A stretch of DNA of 17,275 nucleotides from Microcystaceae cyanobacterium (GTDB lineage Bacteria > Cyanobacteriota > Cyanobacteriia > Cyanobacteriales > Microcystaceae): the NCBI GenBank assembly GCA_041746575.1, contig JBGTGT010000114.1:1-17275 (forward strand), in the 5' to 3' direction. The notes below the pieces were generated by a model. It did no database searches and had not been told where the DNA came from. It saw only the letters and a program-made list of their open reading frames with translations. The position numbers were made by a program, and so were the translations under genes. Position 1 is the stretch's first letter. Each line of letters begins with the position of its first letter. This document shows positions 7,851-16,824 of this stretch, piece after piece.

Positions 7851-8381
7851 TTAAGCTTGTAGGTCCGCTAAAGCCAGACGAATTTGTTCTATGCGTCGCC
7901 GATTGACCCCTAGGTCTGATTCTCCTAAACGAGAAGCCGAACGAATATGAATAATTTTCTCACTTTTGGGCAAATAAAACTCAACATCATCAACAAAGCC
8001 CATAATTCGACTCGAAGATTCTGCGTGAATGTAGTCGTCCGTTTCTTCTACGACTTGGGTATTAGGGACAACGGAGAGGACTTTCAATAAAGTCTCCTTA
8101 GCTGTGGGGCGATCGCCTTGATAAACTAGAGGGGCAATGGCATGAGACGCATCCGCCGCTTGACTGAGAACGCAATTGGGAGAAGTCGGACAAGATGCAA
8201 GGTTCCCTTGATTAACACCGAGATTAGGGGGGGGAGAGCCAGCGAAAATATCTCTGACAATGGGGAGAGCCGCTAAGGAGGAGCTTGAGAGGGTAGGGGG
8301 TAAAGAAGTCACACTCCCTAAGAAAACGATGCTACTTAACAGAAAAGATAATAAATAAGGCATCAATCTTGTAAAACGCAT
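7851..8381 (-). CDS. DUF1499-domain protein
   Basis: Signal-like N-terminus, then LASCPTSPNCV, GFVDDVEF and IRSASRLGESDLGVNRRRIE. Confidence 0.9.
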   Translation of the reverse strand: MRFTRLMPYLLSFLLSSIVFLGSVTSLPPTLSSSSLAALPIVRDIFAGSPPPNLGVNQGNLASCPTSPNCVLSQAADASHAIAPLVYQGDRPTAKETLLKVLSVVPNTQVVEETDDYIHAESSSRIMGFVDDVEFYLPKSEKIIHIRSASRLGESDLGVNRRRIEQIRLALADLQA

Positions 8382-8415
8382 TTCAAGACAATATTACAGC
8401 ATTTTTAAATTGCTA

Positions 8416-8424
8416 TGATATAAT
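8416..8424 (+). promoter_or_regulatory. Extended -10 promoter (TGnTATAAT) for the sulfotransferase gene
   Basis: TGATATAAT ends 34 nt before ATG 8459, in the divergent intergenic region. Confidence 0.5.
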
Positions 8425-8458
8425 CTACCTAAAATTATTATGATCCTTTTTATTTTTT

Positions 8459-9310
8459 ATGGTTAAGTTAGTTTATGTACTGGGTAGTGGCCACTGCGGC
8501 TCTACTTTATTATCTAATGTTTTAGATGCTCATCAATCAGTTGTCAATGTGGGCGAAATTTTTATTTTGAGAAGTTGTTGTCAAAAACAATGGAACAAGA
8601 TGTTTAACAATCGAGATATTTGGAAGGATATTGATCAATATTATCTAAATCATTATGGAAAATCCATCCAAGAAATTGACTTTTTAGATGCCAGCTTTTG
8701 GCAAATCATTTCAGCAAAAAAATCCGATATTTTTGAAAAAGCAAATCATTACTGGACGCTCTTTGAGTGCATTAATTCTCTGTTAGAAACGTCTGTTATT
8801 TTAGATTCTTCTAAAACGCCTCAACAGCTTTTTTTTCTAAGAAAAGGCATGGGAGATAATCAACGAAACCAAATTAAGGTGATTCATTTAGTCCGAGATG
8901 GTCGTGCTACCCTCAATTCTTATTTTAAACATTATCATTATATCTCTCATGATTCCGCTTTTAAGTTAGGAATAAATCGCTGGATCAAAACAAACTTAAG
9001 TTCTTTGGCATTAAGACAGTTCTTTGATTCTCGTGATTGGTTGTTTTTAAGATATGAAGATTTTGTCTTAGATTTTGAAAATAATTTACAAAAATTGTGT
9101 GAATTTATTGAAATCGATCCTGCTAGTAATTGCTTTAAAAGTGAGTATGATCCATCAAAAATCGTTAGCTTAGGCGGAAATCCTCGACCTTACAAATTAG
9201 GTGACCCCATTAAACTAGATAATAAATGGGAAAGAGAAATGGATCAAAAAGATGTGCAAAAATTTAATACCAGAGCAGGATGGCTCAATAAGCTTTATGG
9301 TTATTCATAG
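8459..9310 (+). CDS. PAPS-dependent sulfotransferase family protein
   Basis: 5'-PSB loop GSGHCGSTLL...H..V..VGE, LDSSK, 3'-PB IHLVRDGRATLNS, LRYEDFV..., and KWE near the C-terminus. Confidence 0.9.
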   Translation: MVKLVYVLGSGHCGSTLLSNVLDAHQSVVNVGEIFILRSCCQKQWNKMFNNRDIWKDIDQYYLNHYGKSIQEIDFLDASFWQIISAKKSDIFEKANHYWTLFECINSLLETSVILDSSKTPQQLFFLRKGMGDNQRNQIKVIHLVRDGRATLNSYFKHYHYISHDSAFKLGINRWIKTNLSSLALRQFFDSRDWLFLRYEDFVLDFENNLQKLCEFIEIDPASNCFKSEYDPSKIVSLGGNPRPYKLGDPIKLDNKWEREMDQKDVQKFNTRAGWLNKLYGYS

Positions 9311-9357
9311 AGAAATAAAAACAATTATTTTAACTTTCCTTCCCTTGTAATAAAGCA

Positions 9358-10425
9358 TTACTTACGTTCGGGATGTAGGTCAATCATAAAGTCATGACTA
9401 AACTGATTAATTTGATTAATCAGTTGATAGAGTCTGCCCAAACTTCTTTGGTTGAAATGAAAAATCAGACGGGGCAAATACGCCGCATCTGGCTCAATTT
9501 CTTGGGGTAATGCTTTACTCTTTTTTATCTTGCCAGAAACTAATATATCAGAGAATTTTTGATTGAGCAATTCAACTTTTTCATCGGATAGCTCAAAGTT
9601 AAGTCGCATGACAAATTGATGACCAACATAACGGCTGGAATGATAAACACAATAAAAATTCCGAATCACATCACACGCTTTTTCAAGATTATCAGTAACG
9701 GTATAAAGGTTCGTATCTTCGGGACTAATTAAGCCCTGTTTTTGTAAATTATTTTGGATGTATTGATGCCAATTTTTCCAGTAATTTCCCCCTTGTTCGT
9801 CGATTAGAACTAAAGGAGCTGGCCCATATTTTCCGGTCTGACAAAGGGTTAAGGTTTCAAATGCTTCATCCTGCGTGCCAAATCCCCCTGCAAATAAGGC
9901 AACAGCATCACTTTCGCGTAAAAAGAACAGTTTTCGGGTAAAAAAGTATTTAAAGCAAATCAGCTTGGGGTCGCCTTCAATATAAGGATTTGCACTGTTT
10001 TCAAAGGGTAATTGAATATTTAAACCAAAAGACTGGGCTTTTCCTGCGCCTTCGTTTCCTGCTTGCATAATTCCGCCCCCTGCTCCTGTCAATATCATAA
10101 AACCTAATTCACTCATTCGTTTAGCGAATTTAGCAGCAAGTTGGTATTCTGGACTACTAGGGGACAAACGCGCCGAACCAAAAATGGTCAGCTTCCGAGT
10201 ATGTCGGTAGGGGTAAAAAGACTGAAACCCTTGCTCTAAGTCTTTTAAGGTCGAGGCTAAAATTTTCCAATCCAGACGGTCAATTTCTTCATCAGCAATT
10301 CTTACAATCGTTTCTAGGGTGCGTTCAATCCATTGACGGTGAGGATGAGAGGGTAATTGTTCAACAAGATTAATTAAGGACTCAGAAAGGGGGAAATTGA
10401 CGGGGTTTTGAGAACCAGATAACAT
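9358..10425 (-). CDS. LOG-family (nucleotide monophosphate nucleosidase-like) protein
   Basis: TIFGSAR, TGAGGGIMQAGNEGA, GLNIQLPFE, FKYFFTRK and AGGFGTQDE (PGGxGTxxE variant). Confidence 0.9.
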   Translation of the reverse strand: MLSGSQNPVNFPLSESLINLVEQLPSHPHRQWIERTLETIVRIADEEIDRLDWKILASTLKDLEQGFQSFYPYRHTRKLTIFGSARLSPSSPEYQLAAKFAKRMSELGFMILTGAGGGIMQAGNEGAGKAQSFGLNIQLPFENSANPYIEGDPKLICFKYFFTRKLFFLRESDAVALFAGGFGTQDEAFETLTLCQTGKYGPAPLVLIDEQGGNYWKNWHQYIQNNLQKQGLISPEDTNLYTVTDNLEKACDVIRNFYCVYHSSRYVGHQFVMRLNFELSDEKVELLNQKFSDILVSGKIKKSKALPQEIEPDAAYLPRLIFHFNQRSLGRLYQLINQINQFSHDFMIDLHPERK

Positions 10426-10597
10426 GAGGGATGGGAATCACAAGGGACTCTTTCCAGTTTACTGGTTAATCGGTCATTCAATCACGGTTTAACGATGTCT
10501 CAAACCCTTAATCTTTTGATCTTATCAAGTCGTAAACGGCTGTAAGACGGTAAAATAAAGCCATCGAAATCGAAAAAATTTAAGGAAACCCAAGCGT

Positions 10598-11353
10598 ATG
10601 ACCGTTATTCCTCAACTCAGCCACGCCTTTCAACAACGCAAAACGCTTAAAGTGATTAGTGGCTTAAATAACTTTGATATCGCCAATGTAACGGCGGTTG
10701 TCAGGGCAGCACAACGAGGCGGGGCAACTTTTGTCGATATTGCGGCGGATTGCAACCTGATTCGTCATGTTCGTTCTTTGATTGATTTACCTATCTGTGT
10801 CTCGGCAGTTGATCCCAAATTATTAGCCGAAGCAGTTGATGCAGGTGCAGATTTAGTGGAAATTGGGAATTTTGACAGTTTTTATGTTCAAGGTCGTCGT
10901 TTTGAAGCCCCAGAAGTCCTAGAACTAACTCATCAAACCCGCTTTCTCCTACCTTACGTTACCTTATCTGTGACCGTTCCCCATATTCTGCCCCTCGACC
11001 AACAGGTACAATTAGCAGAAGTCTTAGTAGAAGCAGGAGCCGATATTATTCAAACGGAAGGGGGAACTAGCAGTCATCCTACTCATGCAGGAACGCTCGG
11101 ATTAATCGAAAAAGCCGCGCCTACTCTTGCATCTGCTTATAGTATTGCCCGTGCGGTTAATATTCCCGTTCTCTGTGCCTCTGGCTTATCTGATGTCACC
11201 ATTCCGATGGCGATCGCTGCCGGTGCATCCGGTGTCGGGGTGGGTTCGGCGATTAATAAGCTAGACGATGAAATTGCCATGATTGCGGTAGTTCGTCGCT
11301 TAGTGGAAGCCTTATCGGTTACTCATCATCAGTTACCCGTAAGCGGTTATTGA
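10598..11353 (+). CDS. ycf23: Ycf23 / DUF561 protein
   Basis: LKVISGLNNFD, GGATFVDIA, LPICVSAV, EIGNFDSFY, IIQTEGGT, VLCASGLS and GVGVGSA. Confidence 0.9.
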   Translation: MTVIPQLSHAFQQRKTLKVISGLNNFDIANVTAVVRAAQRGGATFVDIAADCNLIRHVRSLIDLPICVSAVDPKLLAEAVDAGADLVEIGNFDSFYVQGRRFEAPEVLELTHQTRFLLPYVTLSVTVPHILPLDQQVQLAEVLVEAGADIIQTEGGTSSHPTHAGTLGLIEKAAPTLASAYSIARAVNIPVLCASGLSDVTIPMAIAAGASGVGVGSAINKLDDEIAMIAVVRRLVEALSVTHHQLPVSGY

Positions 11354-11366
11354 TCAATCCGTTAGA

Positions 11367-11455
11367 TCCCCCTCAATGGCTTTTAAGCAGGGGGAGTTTA
11401 CGTCGTTATTCTTTAAATCTTAGGTGAAAGCCTCTCCATCGTAATCAAATGGGGA
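11367..11455. terminator. Two stem-loops between convergent ycf23 and wecB (possible terminators or decayed palindromic repeats)
   Basis: TCCCCCT(11367-11373)/AGGGGGA(11389-11395) and TCTCCAT(11433-11439)/ATGGGGA(11449-11455). Confidence 0.4.
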
Positions 11456-11504
11456 TTTCTACTATAATGAGCTTAATTACTTGTCTTCTCGGCGTCATTT
11501 CATT

Positions 11505-12614
11505 TTAAAGATGTTGTTTAACAATTTCAACAATTTGCTGACTTGCCGTACCATCTCCGAAAGGATTAATCGCATTGGCCATGTTTTCATAGGCATGGCT
11601 ATCTTCTAGTAAAATACTTGCTTCTTTTAGCAGGATTTCGGCGTTTGTTCCTACTAATTTGGCTGTTCCTGCCATCACCGCCTCTGGTCGTTCGGTTGTT
11701 TCCCGTAATACTAGAACAGGTTTGCCTAAACTGGGGGCTTCTTCTTGTAATCCGCCAGAATCAGTTAATAATAAGTAACAGCGTTGAATAGCACCGACTA
11801 GGGTTTCATAATCGAGGGGTTCAGTCAAAAAGACTCTAGGATGCTTGCCTAATGCTTGTTGAATCGGTTCGCGAACGGTGGGATTACGGTGAAGAGGTAA
11901 TAATAAAGCCGTATCTGGGAATTTTTTTAAAATAGACTGAAATCCTCGTAAAATATCCCGTAAAGGTTTACCCCAATTCTCCCGACGGTGAACGGTTGCC
12001 AATAACACCCGATATTGCTGCCAATCTAATCCCGTAATTTCACAAGGGGGTTGACGATGTGCTACCGTTAAGAGAGCATCAATAACCGTATTCCCTGTTA
12101 AGTAAATGTTACCCGTTACCCCTGATTTTTTAAGGTTTTCTACCGATTGGGCAGTGGGAGCAAAATGAAACTGGGCAATTTGGGAGATTAGGCGACGATT
12201 TGCTTCCTCAGGATAAGGATTATAGAGATTATCGGTTCTTAATCCGGCCTCAACGTGACCGACGGGAATTTGCAGGTAAAATGCTTCTAAGGCGGCGGCA
12301 AAGGCAGTGGTAGTATCCCCTTGTACAATGACCAATTTGGGCTGTATTCTTTGATAGACTGCCTCTAATCCCCGCAGACTGTTGCAAGTAATATCCGTAA
12401 GCGTTTGTTTCGGTTGCATGATTTTTAGATCTTCATCTTCCTGTAGCTGGAAGAGTTGCATTACCTGTTCTACCATTTCACGATGTTGCCCCGTTAAGAC
12501 GATGTATGGACGAAATTCGGTTTTTTTTTGGAATGCTTGAATGACAGGCGCAAGTTTAATCGCTTCTGGACGAGTTCCCAAGGTGATACAAATGGAGATG
12601 GGAGAGGCAGTCAT
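11505..12614 (-). CDS. wecB: UDP-N-acetylglucosamine 2-epimerase (non-hydrolysing)
   Basis: GTRPEAIK, TGQHREM, VQGDTTT, HVEAGLRT, PEEANR, GNTVIDAL, HRRENWG, TDSGGLQEEAP, TERPE and NPFGDG. Confidence 0.95.
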   Translation of the reverse strand: MTASPISICITLGTRPEAIKLAPVIQAFQKKTEFRPYIVLTGQHREMVEQVMQLFQLQEDEDLKIMQPKQTLTDITCNSLRGLEAVYQRIQPKLVIVQGDTTTAFAAALEAFYLQIPVGHVEAGLRTDNLYNPYPEEANRRLISQIAQFHFAPTAQSVENLKKSGVTGNIYLTGNTVIDALLTVAHRQPPCEITGLDWQQYRVLLATVHRRENWGKPLRDILRGFQSILKKFPDTALLLPLHRNPTVREPIQQALGKHPRVFLTEPLDYETLVGAIQRCYLLLTDSGGLQEEAPSLGKPVLVLRETTERPEAVMAGTAKLVGTNAEILLKEASILLEDSHAYENMANAINPFGDGTASQQIVEIVKQHL

Positions 12615-12823
12615 GGTTTTCTCAAAAATGGTAACTCATGATTGTACCTTACGGGCTTCCTGAAATTCAATCAACCTTAAATTCCTCTGTTACGGATCTA
12701 AAAAATGTGTTTCCATTGAAAGCGACTTTCGGTAAACTGAATAGCACTGCATCTTTGTTTGTTCCCGACTTAACCTGTTTGCTTTAATTTTTGGTAAAAA
12801 CGCTCTAAATCCTTTAAATTGCC

Positions 12824-14173
12824 GTGATTTCCGTGACGAATTCTTCAACAGACCTATGGACTCAAGTATTAGAACGTCTGCAACAGCAGTTAAGTCGGCC
12901 TGCGTTTGAAACATGGTTTCAGACAGCAACGGTGAAAACATGGGATAATCAATGCTTAGTCATTGAAATGGCTAATCCTTTTGTGTTAAATCACGTTCAA
13001 AAGAATTATTTAACCTTAATTATCGAAATTGTTGCCGATATCCTCAGTTATTCTCCTGAAATTCAATTAACAACGGCTTTGGGAGATCAATTAGAGATGA
13101 TTGATGATCATAAGGCACGTTTGACGATTAATCCCCATCCTTCGACGCTTAATCCTAAATATACCTTTTCTCGCTTCGTTGTAGGTGCCAATAATCGCAT
13201 GGCACACGCGGCAAGTCTGGCGGTATCCGAGTCTCCTGGGCGGGAATTTAACCCTTTGTTCCTCTGTGGGGGCGTAGGATTGGGCAAAACTCACTTAATG
13301 CAAGCAATTGCTCATTACCGTTTAGAATTATTTGCTGATGCAAGTATTTTCTATGTCTCCACTGAACAATTTACCAATGATTTAATTACTGCCATTCGTC
13401 AGGATAGTATGGAGGGATTTAGAGAGCATTATCGAAGTGCAGATATTCTCTTGGTGGATGATATTCAATTTATCGAAGGCAAAGAATACACCCAAGAAGA
13501 ATTCTTTTATACCTTTAATACTCTGCACGAAGCAGGAAAACAGGTCGTTATTGCCTCAGATCGCCCGCCTAAACGCATTCCTAGCCTACAGGATCGCTTA
13601 ATCTCTCGTTTTTCGATGGGATTGATTGCGGATGTGCAAGCACCGGATTTGGAAACCCGTATGGCCATTTTACAAAAAAAGGCAGAATATGAGAATATGC
13701 GACTGCCTCGTGATGTTATTGAGTATTTAGCCGCTAGTTATACCAGTAACATTCGAGAATTAGAAGGTGCGTTAACCCGTGCGATCGCTTATACGTCTAT
13801 TTCAGGTTTACCGATGACAGTAGCCAATCTTGCTTCAGTTTTAAACCCCCCAGTAGAACAAATTCCGGCCTCTCCTGAGATTATTGTACAAATTGTCTCT
13901 GAGGCCTTTAAAATCTCCCTAGAAGACCTTAAAGGGAATTCTCGACGACGAGAAATCAGTACAGCACGGCAGATTGGGATGTATTTGATGCGTCAACACA
14001 CCGATTTAAGCTTACCCCGTATTGGAGAAGAATTTGGCGGCAAAGATCACACCACCGTGATGTATAGTTGTGACAAAATCAATCAATTACAGCAAAAAGA
14101 TTGGGATTTGAGCCAAAATCTCTCAGAATTGAGCGATCGCATTAATTTAGCGAGTCGTAACAGTAAACAGTAA
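12824..14173 (+). CDS. dnaA: Chromosomal replication initiator DnaA (the start may be GTG 12833)
   Basis: LNPKYTFSRFVVG, Walker A GGVGLGKTHL, LLVDDIQF, SNIRELEGAL and the domain IV signature SLPRIGEEFGGKDHTTV. Confidence 0.98.
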   Translation: MISVTNSSTDLWTQVLERLQQQLSRPAFETWFQTATVKTWDNQCLVIEMANPFVLNHVQKNYLTLIIEIVADILSYSPEIQLTTALGDQLEMIDDHKARLTINPHPSTLNPKYTFSRFVVGANNRMAHAASLAVSESPGREFNPLFLCGGVGLGKTHLMQAIAHYRLELFADASIFYVSTEQFTNDLITAIRQDSMEGFREHYRSADILLVDDIQFIEGKEYTQEEFFYTFNTLHEAGKQVVIASDRPPKRIPSLQDRLISRFSMGLIADVQAPDLETRMAILQKKAEYENMRLPRDVIEYLAASYTSNIRELEGALTRAIAYTSISGLPMTVANLASVLNPPVEQIPASPEIIVQIVSEAFKISLEDLKGNSRRREISTARQIGMYLMRQHTDLSLPRIGEEFGGKDHTTVMYSCDKINQLQQKDWDLSQNLSELSDRINLASRNSKQ

Positions 14174-14244
14174 GAATAGAAGAGATTGTTAAAAGAAAAT
14201 TGCGCTTAATTTTGGCTTCTTCTGACACTTTAAAGGGGGAAACC

Positions 14245-14634
14245 CTATTCTCCTTCTAATATTTGACTTTGAACTTCGATCGCTTCAACATCAATCGTAC
14301 CGGGAGGGATGATGCGATGGAAATGATTACCTTCCACTTTAAGAGGTTCACCGCAATTGGGACAACGACACTCAGCTTGATTGAACCCCATAAATGAATA
14401 TTGACACACCGGACACGCATCTTCAACAATATTTCGTTTTAACCACCAACGCGCTCCCCAAAAAGCAAGAATGGGTAAAATCGCTAAAATAACTAATAAA
14501 ATTAAAAAGCCATTAACAATCCAACCTAATCCTACTGACGTCAGTAAAATCGCTCCTAAAACAAGTGTTAATAAACAACCTAAGCCCGAATCATTGACCA
14601 ATATGCGTTTTGTAAAATCTCGATTCACAATCAT
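14245..14634 (-). CDS. Conserved cyanobacterial-type hypothetical membrane protein with a C-terminal Zn-ribbon
   Basis: Two hydrophobic helices followed by CPVC-x12-CPNCGEPL and PGTIDVEA. Confidence 0.8.
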   Translation of the reverse strand: MIVNRDFTKRILVNDSGLGCLLTLVLGAILLTSVGLGWIVNGFLILLVILAILPILAFWGARWWLKRNIVEDACPVCQYSFMGFNQAECRCPNCGEPLKVEGNHFHRIIPPGTIDVEAIEVQSQILEGE

Positions 14635-14869
14635 TACGCCCCTTACTTTGTAACAAGTCTCCTGTCATGTTCTATCCTAACCTGACTTTTCTATCGTCGA
14701 GTTAAAGGAAATTTCGGTATTTCCGTACCTGATACTAGGGGGAACAAGGGTTACGAGCAGACGGTTTACTGTTAAACTGGTCACTGGTGATAGATGGGGG
14801 CGTAGGCTTTGCTCCAATCAAATTACGACTAAACGTCCGCTTAGTTCATTGAAATCTCCTATTCAAATT

Positions 14870-15853
14870 ATGCCTAAAGTGAGTGTTTGTATTCCCACCT
14901 ATAATCGCGCTCATTTTCTGAAATACTCTCTAGAAAGCGTTTTAAATCAAACCTATCCGGATTTTGAATTAATTATTTGCGATGATGGTTCGCCCGACCG
15001 TACACCCGAGATGCTTAAAGATTATAATGATTCTCGGATTCGCTATATTCGTCACCCTCAAAATATTGGCCGAAGTCGGAATATGCGATCGGGTTTTGAG
15101 GCGTCAACGGGGAAATATTTTATTAAATTTGATGATGATGATGGCTTAACGCCGACTTTTTTAGAAAGAACCATTAAGATTTTAGATGAATATTCAACGG
15201 TGGATTTTGTTTGTACGAATCATTGGATTATTGATCGCAATCATCAACGCAATGAAATCGCAACCAAAGAAAATACTATTCGCTGGAAAAAAGATCAAAT
15301 TAAAGAAGGAATTATTCCCGATTTATTAAAACAAACTTTTTGTTATCAAAGCTTACAAGTAGGGTCAAGTTTATTTCGACGGGATTGTTTAGTAGAAGTG
15401 GATTATATGCGTCCACAAGCCGATGGATGTGAAGATTTTGACCTTTTAGTTCGCTTAGCAATGGCCGGTAAAACGGCTTATTTTTTACCCGACTTTTTAA
15501 TGGAATATCGTTTCCATGGGGGGCAAACCAGTCTTGCTCAGAATGTTCATTTTCTCAAAGCAAAACTATTTTGTGTGGATAGTTATCAATTCGATGATGC
15601 TGACTTAGAAAATATTCGACGCAAAAAGTTAGGCATCCTTCAACAAGATCTAGGCTTAAGATTAATTGAAAAGGGAGATAAAGAACAAGGACGGGAACTC
15701 TTACAACAATCTACCCAAATTTTAGGCAATTCTAAGCGGATAACGTTAGGAATTTTATTATCTTATCTTCCGCTTAATCTTCGTCAAGGACTCTTACAAT
15801 TATTTCGTCGTTTCCGTCAAAAAAATTACACTGAGCAGGTCAGGGAACGATAG
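14870..15853 (+). CDS. GT2-family glycosyltransferase
   Basis: PKVSVCIPTYNR, ICDDGSPD, KFDDDD and CEDFDL. ATG 14870 is preferred over TTG 14849. Confidence 0.92.
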   Translation: MPKVSVCIPTYNRAHFLKYSLESVLNQTYPDFELIICDDGSPDRTPEMLKDYNDSRIRYIRHPQNIGRSRNMRSGFEASTGKYFIKFDDDDGLTPTFLERTIKILDEYSTVDFVCTNHWIIDRNHQRNEIATKENTIRWKKDQIKEGIIPDLLKQTFCYQSLQVGSSLFRRDCLVEVDYMRPQADGCEDFDLLVRLAMAGKTAYFLPDFLMEYRFHGGQTSLAQNVHFLKAKLFCVDSYQFDDADLENIRRKKLGILQQDLGLRLIEKGDKEQGRELLQQSTQILGNSKRITLGILLSYLPLNLRQGLLQLFRRFRQKNYTEQVRER

Positions 15854-15865
15854 ACGTTCACCTCC

Positions 15866-16564
15866 TTACCTTAAAGGATATCGTTCTTTTTTAGACATTT
15901 TGACCGAAATTTTGCGCTTTTCTAAAGAAATAAGACCGTTTATTAAAGTTTGTTTAATTGTTATTTCTGATTCTGTGCTTAGCATTAATGTAAAATATTC
16001 TTGTAACTTATATAATTCATTGCTGTCGAGTTGATTATTGTTGCGTAATTCAATCATTTTTTGGACAGAAATTAGGCGTTTTATGGGTTCTGGTGCAGTT
16101 AAATCTTTTGAAAGTCGCTCAAAGGCTGTTTCTTTGGGATTTTGTTCTTTTTGCCAGAGATACCATAAGAATAATCCTAAGGTTGCTGATGTACTTACCC
16201 CTTGAATCAACGTGCCTAACGCTAACCAGCGATTTTCTGTATCAGACCAAATCGAAGCGGCAATGTAGGTACTCAGGGTCATTAATCCGCCGCTACTCAC
16301 TGCCAAGGTCAGTTTTCCTTGATAACCTTTAGCATATCTATGCCAATCTTGCCAATCTATCACCTTTTGCCATCTCTGCCAATGATAGACTAGGAGCATT
16401 GTTCCTATTCCCATCCCCGTCGCCAACATTAACTTCCAATGCCATGCTGTCATGACGGTCGCACCGCAAGCGGTTATCATTAATAATCCTGCTTTTTTGG
16501 CTTTTTTTTGGCTTAAAAAGGCCATGATATCTTGAATAAGATTTTGATTAAGCGGCTTAAGCAT
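15866..16564 (-). CDS. Hypothetical membrane protein with a helical (HEAT-like) C-terminus; start uncertain (the ORF is open to 16627)
   Basis: About 4 TM segments with WHWKLMLAT and SIWSDTENRWLA, then DLTAPEPIKRLISV...EYFTLML. Confidence 0.7.
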   Translation of the reverse strand: MLKPLNQNLIQDIMAFLSQKKAKKAGLLMITACGATVMTAWHWKLMLATGMGIGTMLLVYHWQRWQKVIDWQDWHRYAKGYQGKLTLAVSSGGLMTLSTYIAASIWSDTENRWLALGTLIQGVSTSATLGLFLWYLWQKEQNPKETAFERLSKDLTAPEPIKRLISVQKMIELRNNNQLDSNELYKLQEYFTLMLSTESEITIKQTLINGLISLEKRKISVKMSKKERYPLR

Positions 16565-16752
16565 CGGAGACAGATTAAGCAGTAAGGCCGACTTTTTCTG
16601 AGGGAAGACAATGAACACGGTAGGCAATCACTGAGTAACAAAGGTCTCTCTATTTTATGCGCTTCTGGAGTCCGAGAAAACACTGAGTTTAAAAGCAAGA
16701 TGACTCACGAATTTCCCGTTGAGTTCCATGATCTCTTTGATACAACGAAAGA

Positions 16753-16781
16753 TACAGCGTTTTGCCACTCGATGAGGTACA
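16753..16781 (+). repeat. Putative mobile-element terminal motif TACAGC-N14-TGAGGTACA
   Basis: 29 bp with the same architecture as 345->317 on the minus strand. It lies upstream of the IS630 remnant. Confidence 0.55.
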
Positions 16782-16790
16782 TAATTAATG

Positions 16791-16812
16791 TTAGGGGTGC
16801 AAGGTTTGCGCC
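16791..16812 (+). repeat. Degenerate REP-like hairpin (TTAGGG-GTGCAA ggt TTGCGCC)
   Basis: GGTGCAA/TTGCGCC stem with one G-T pair, preceded by a GTAG-like TTAG. It resembles cyanobacterial GTAGGGGCGCAA..TTGCGCCC repeats by recall. Confidence 0.4.
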
Positions 16813-16824
16813 GGAGTTGTCTGA

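Larger units (their letters stand above)
1542..14140. repeat. Dispersed HIP1 octamers GCGATCGC (at least 8)
   Basis: Seen starting at 1542, 1979, 5074, 7099, 8109, 11210, 13781 and 14133. Confidence 0.9.

Noticed and set aside
14635..14804. 8-bp inverted repeat TACGCCCC/GGGGCGTA bracketing the divergent intergenic region, with ACTGGTC-ACTGGTG heptamers
   Set aside because: Too short, with no target duplication or recombinase. Compatible with chance or decayed short repeats.
12690..16698. Short ORFs 12690-12941, 13091-13294, 14471-14653, 16093-16332 and 16513-16698
   Set aside because: They are antisense or out-of-frame overlaps of real genes, with no family signal.
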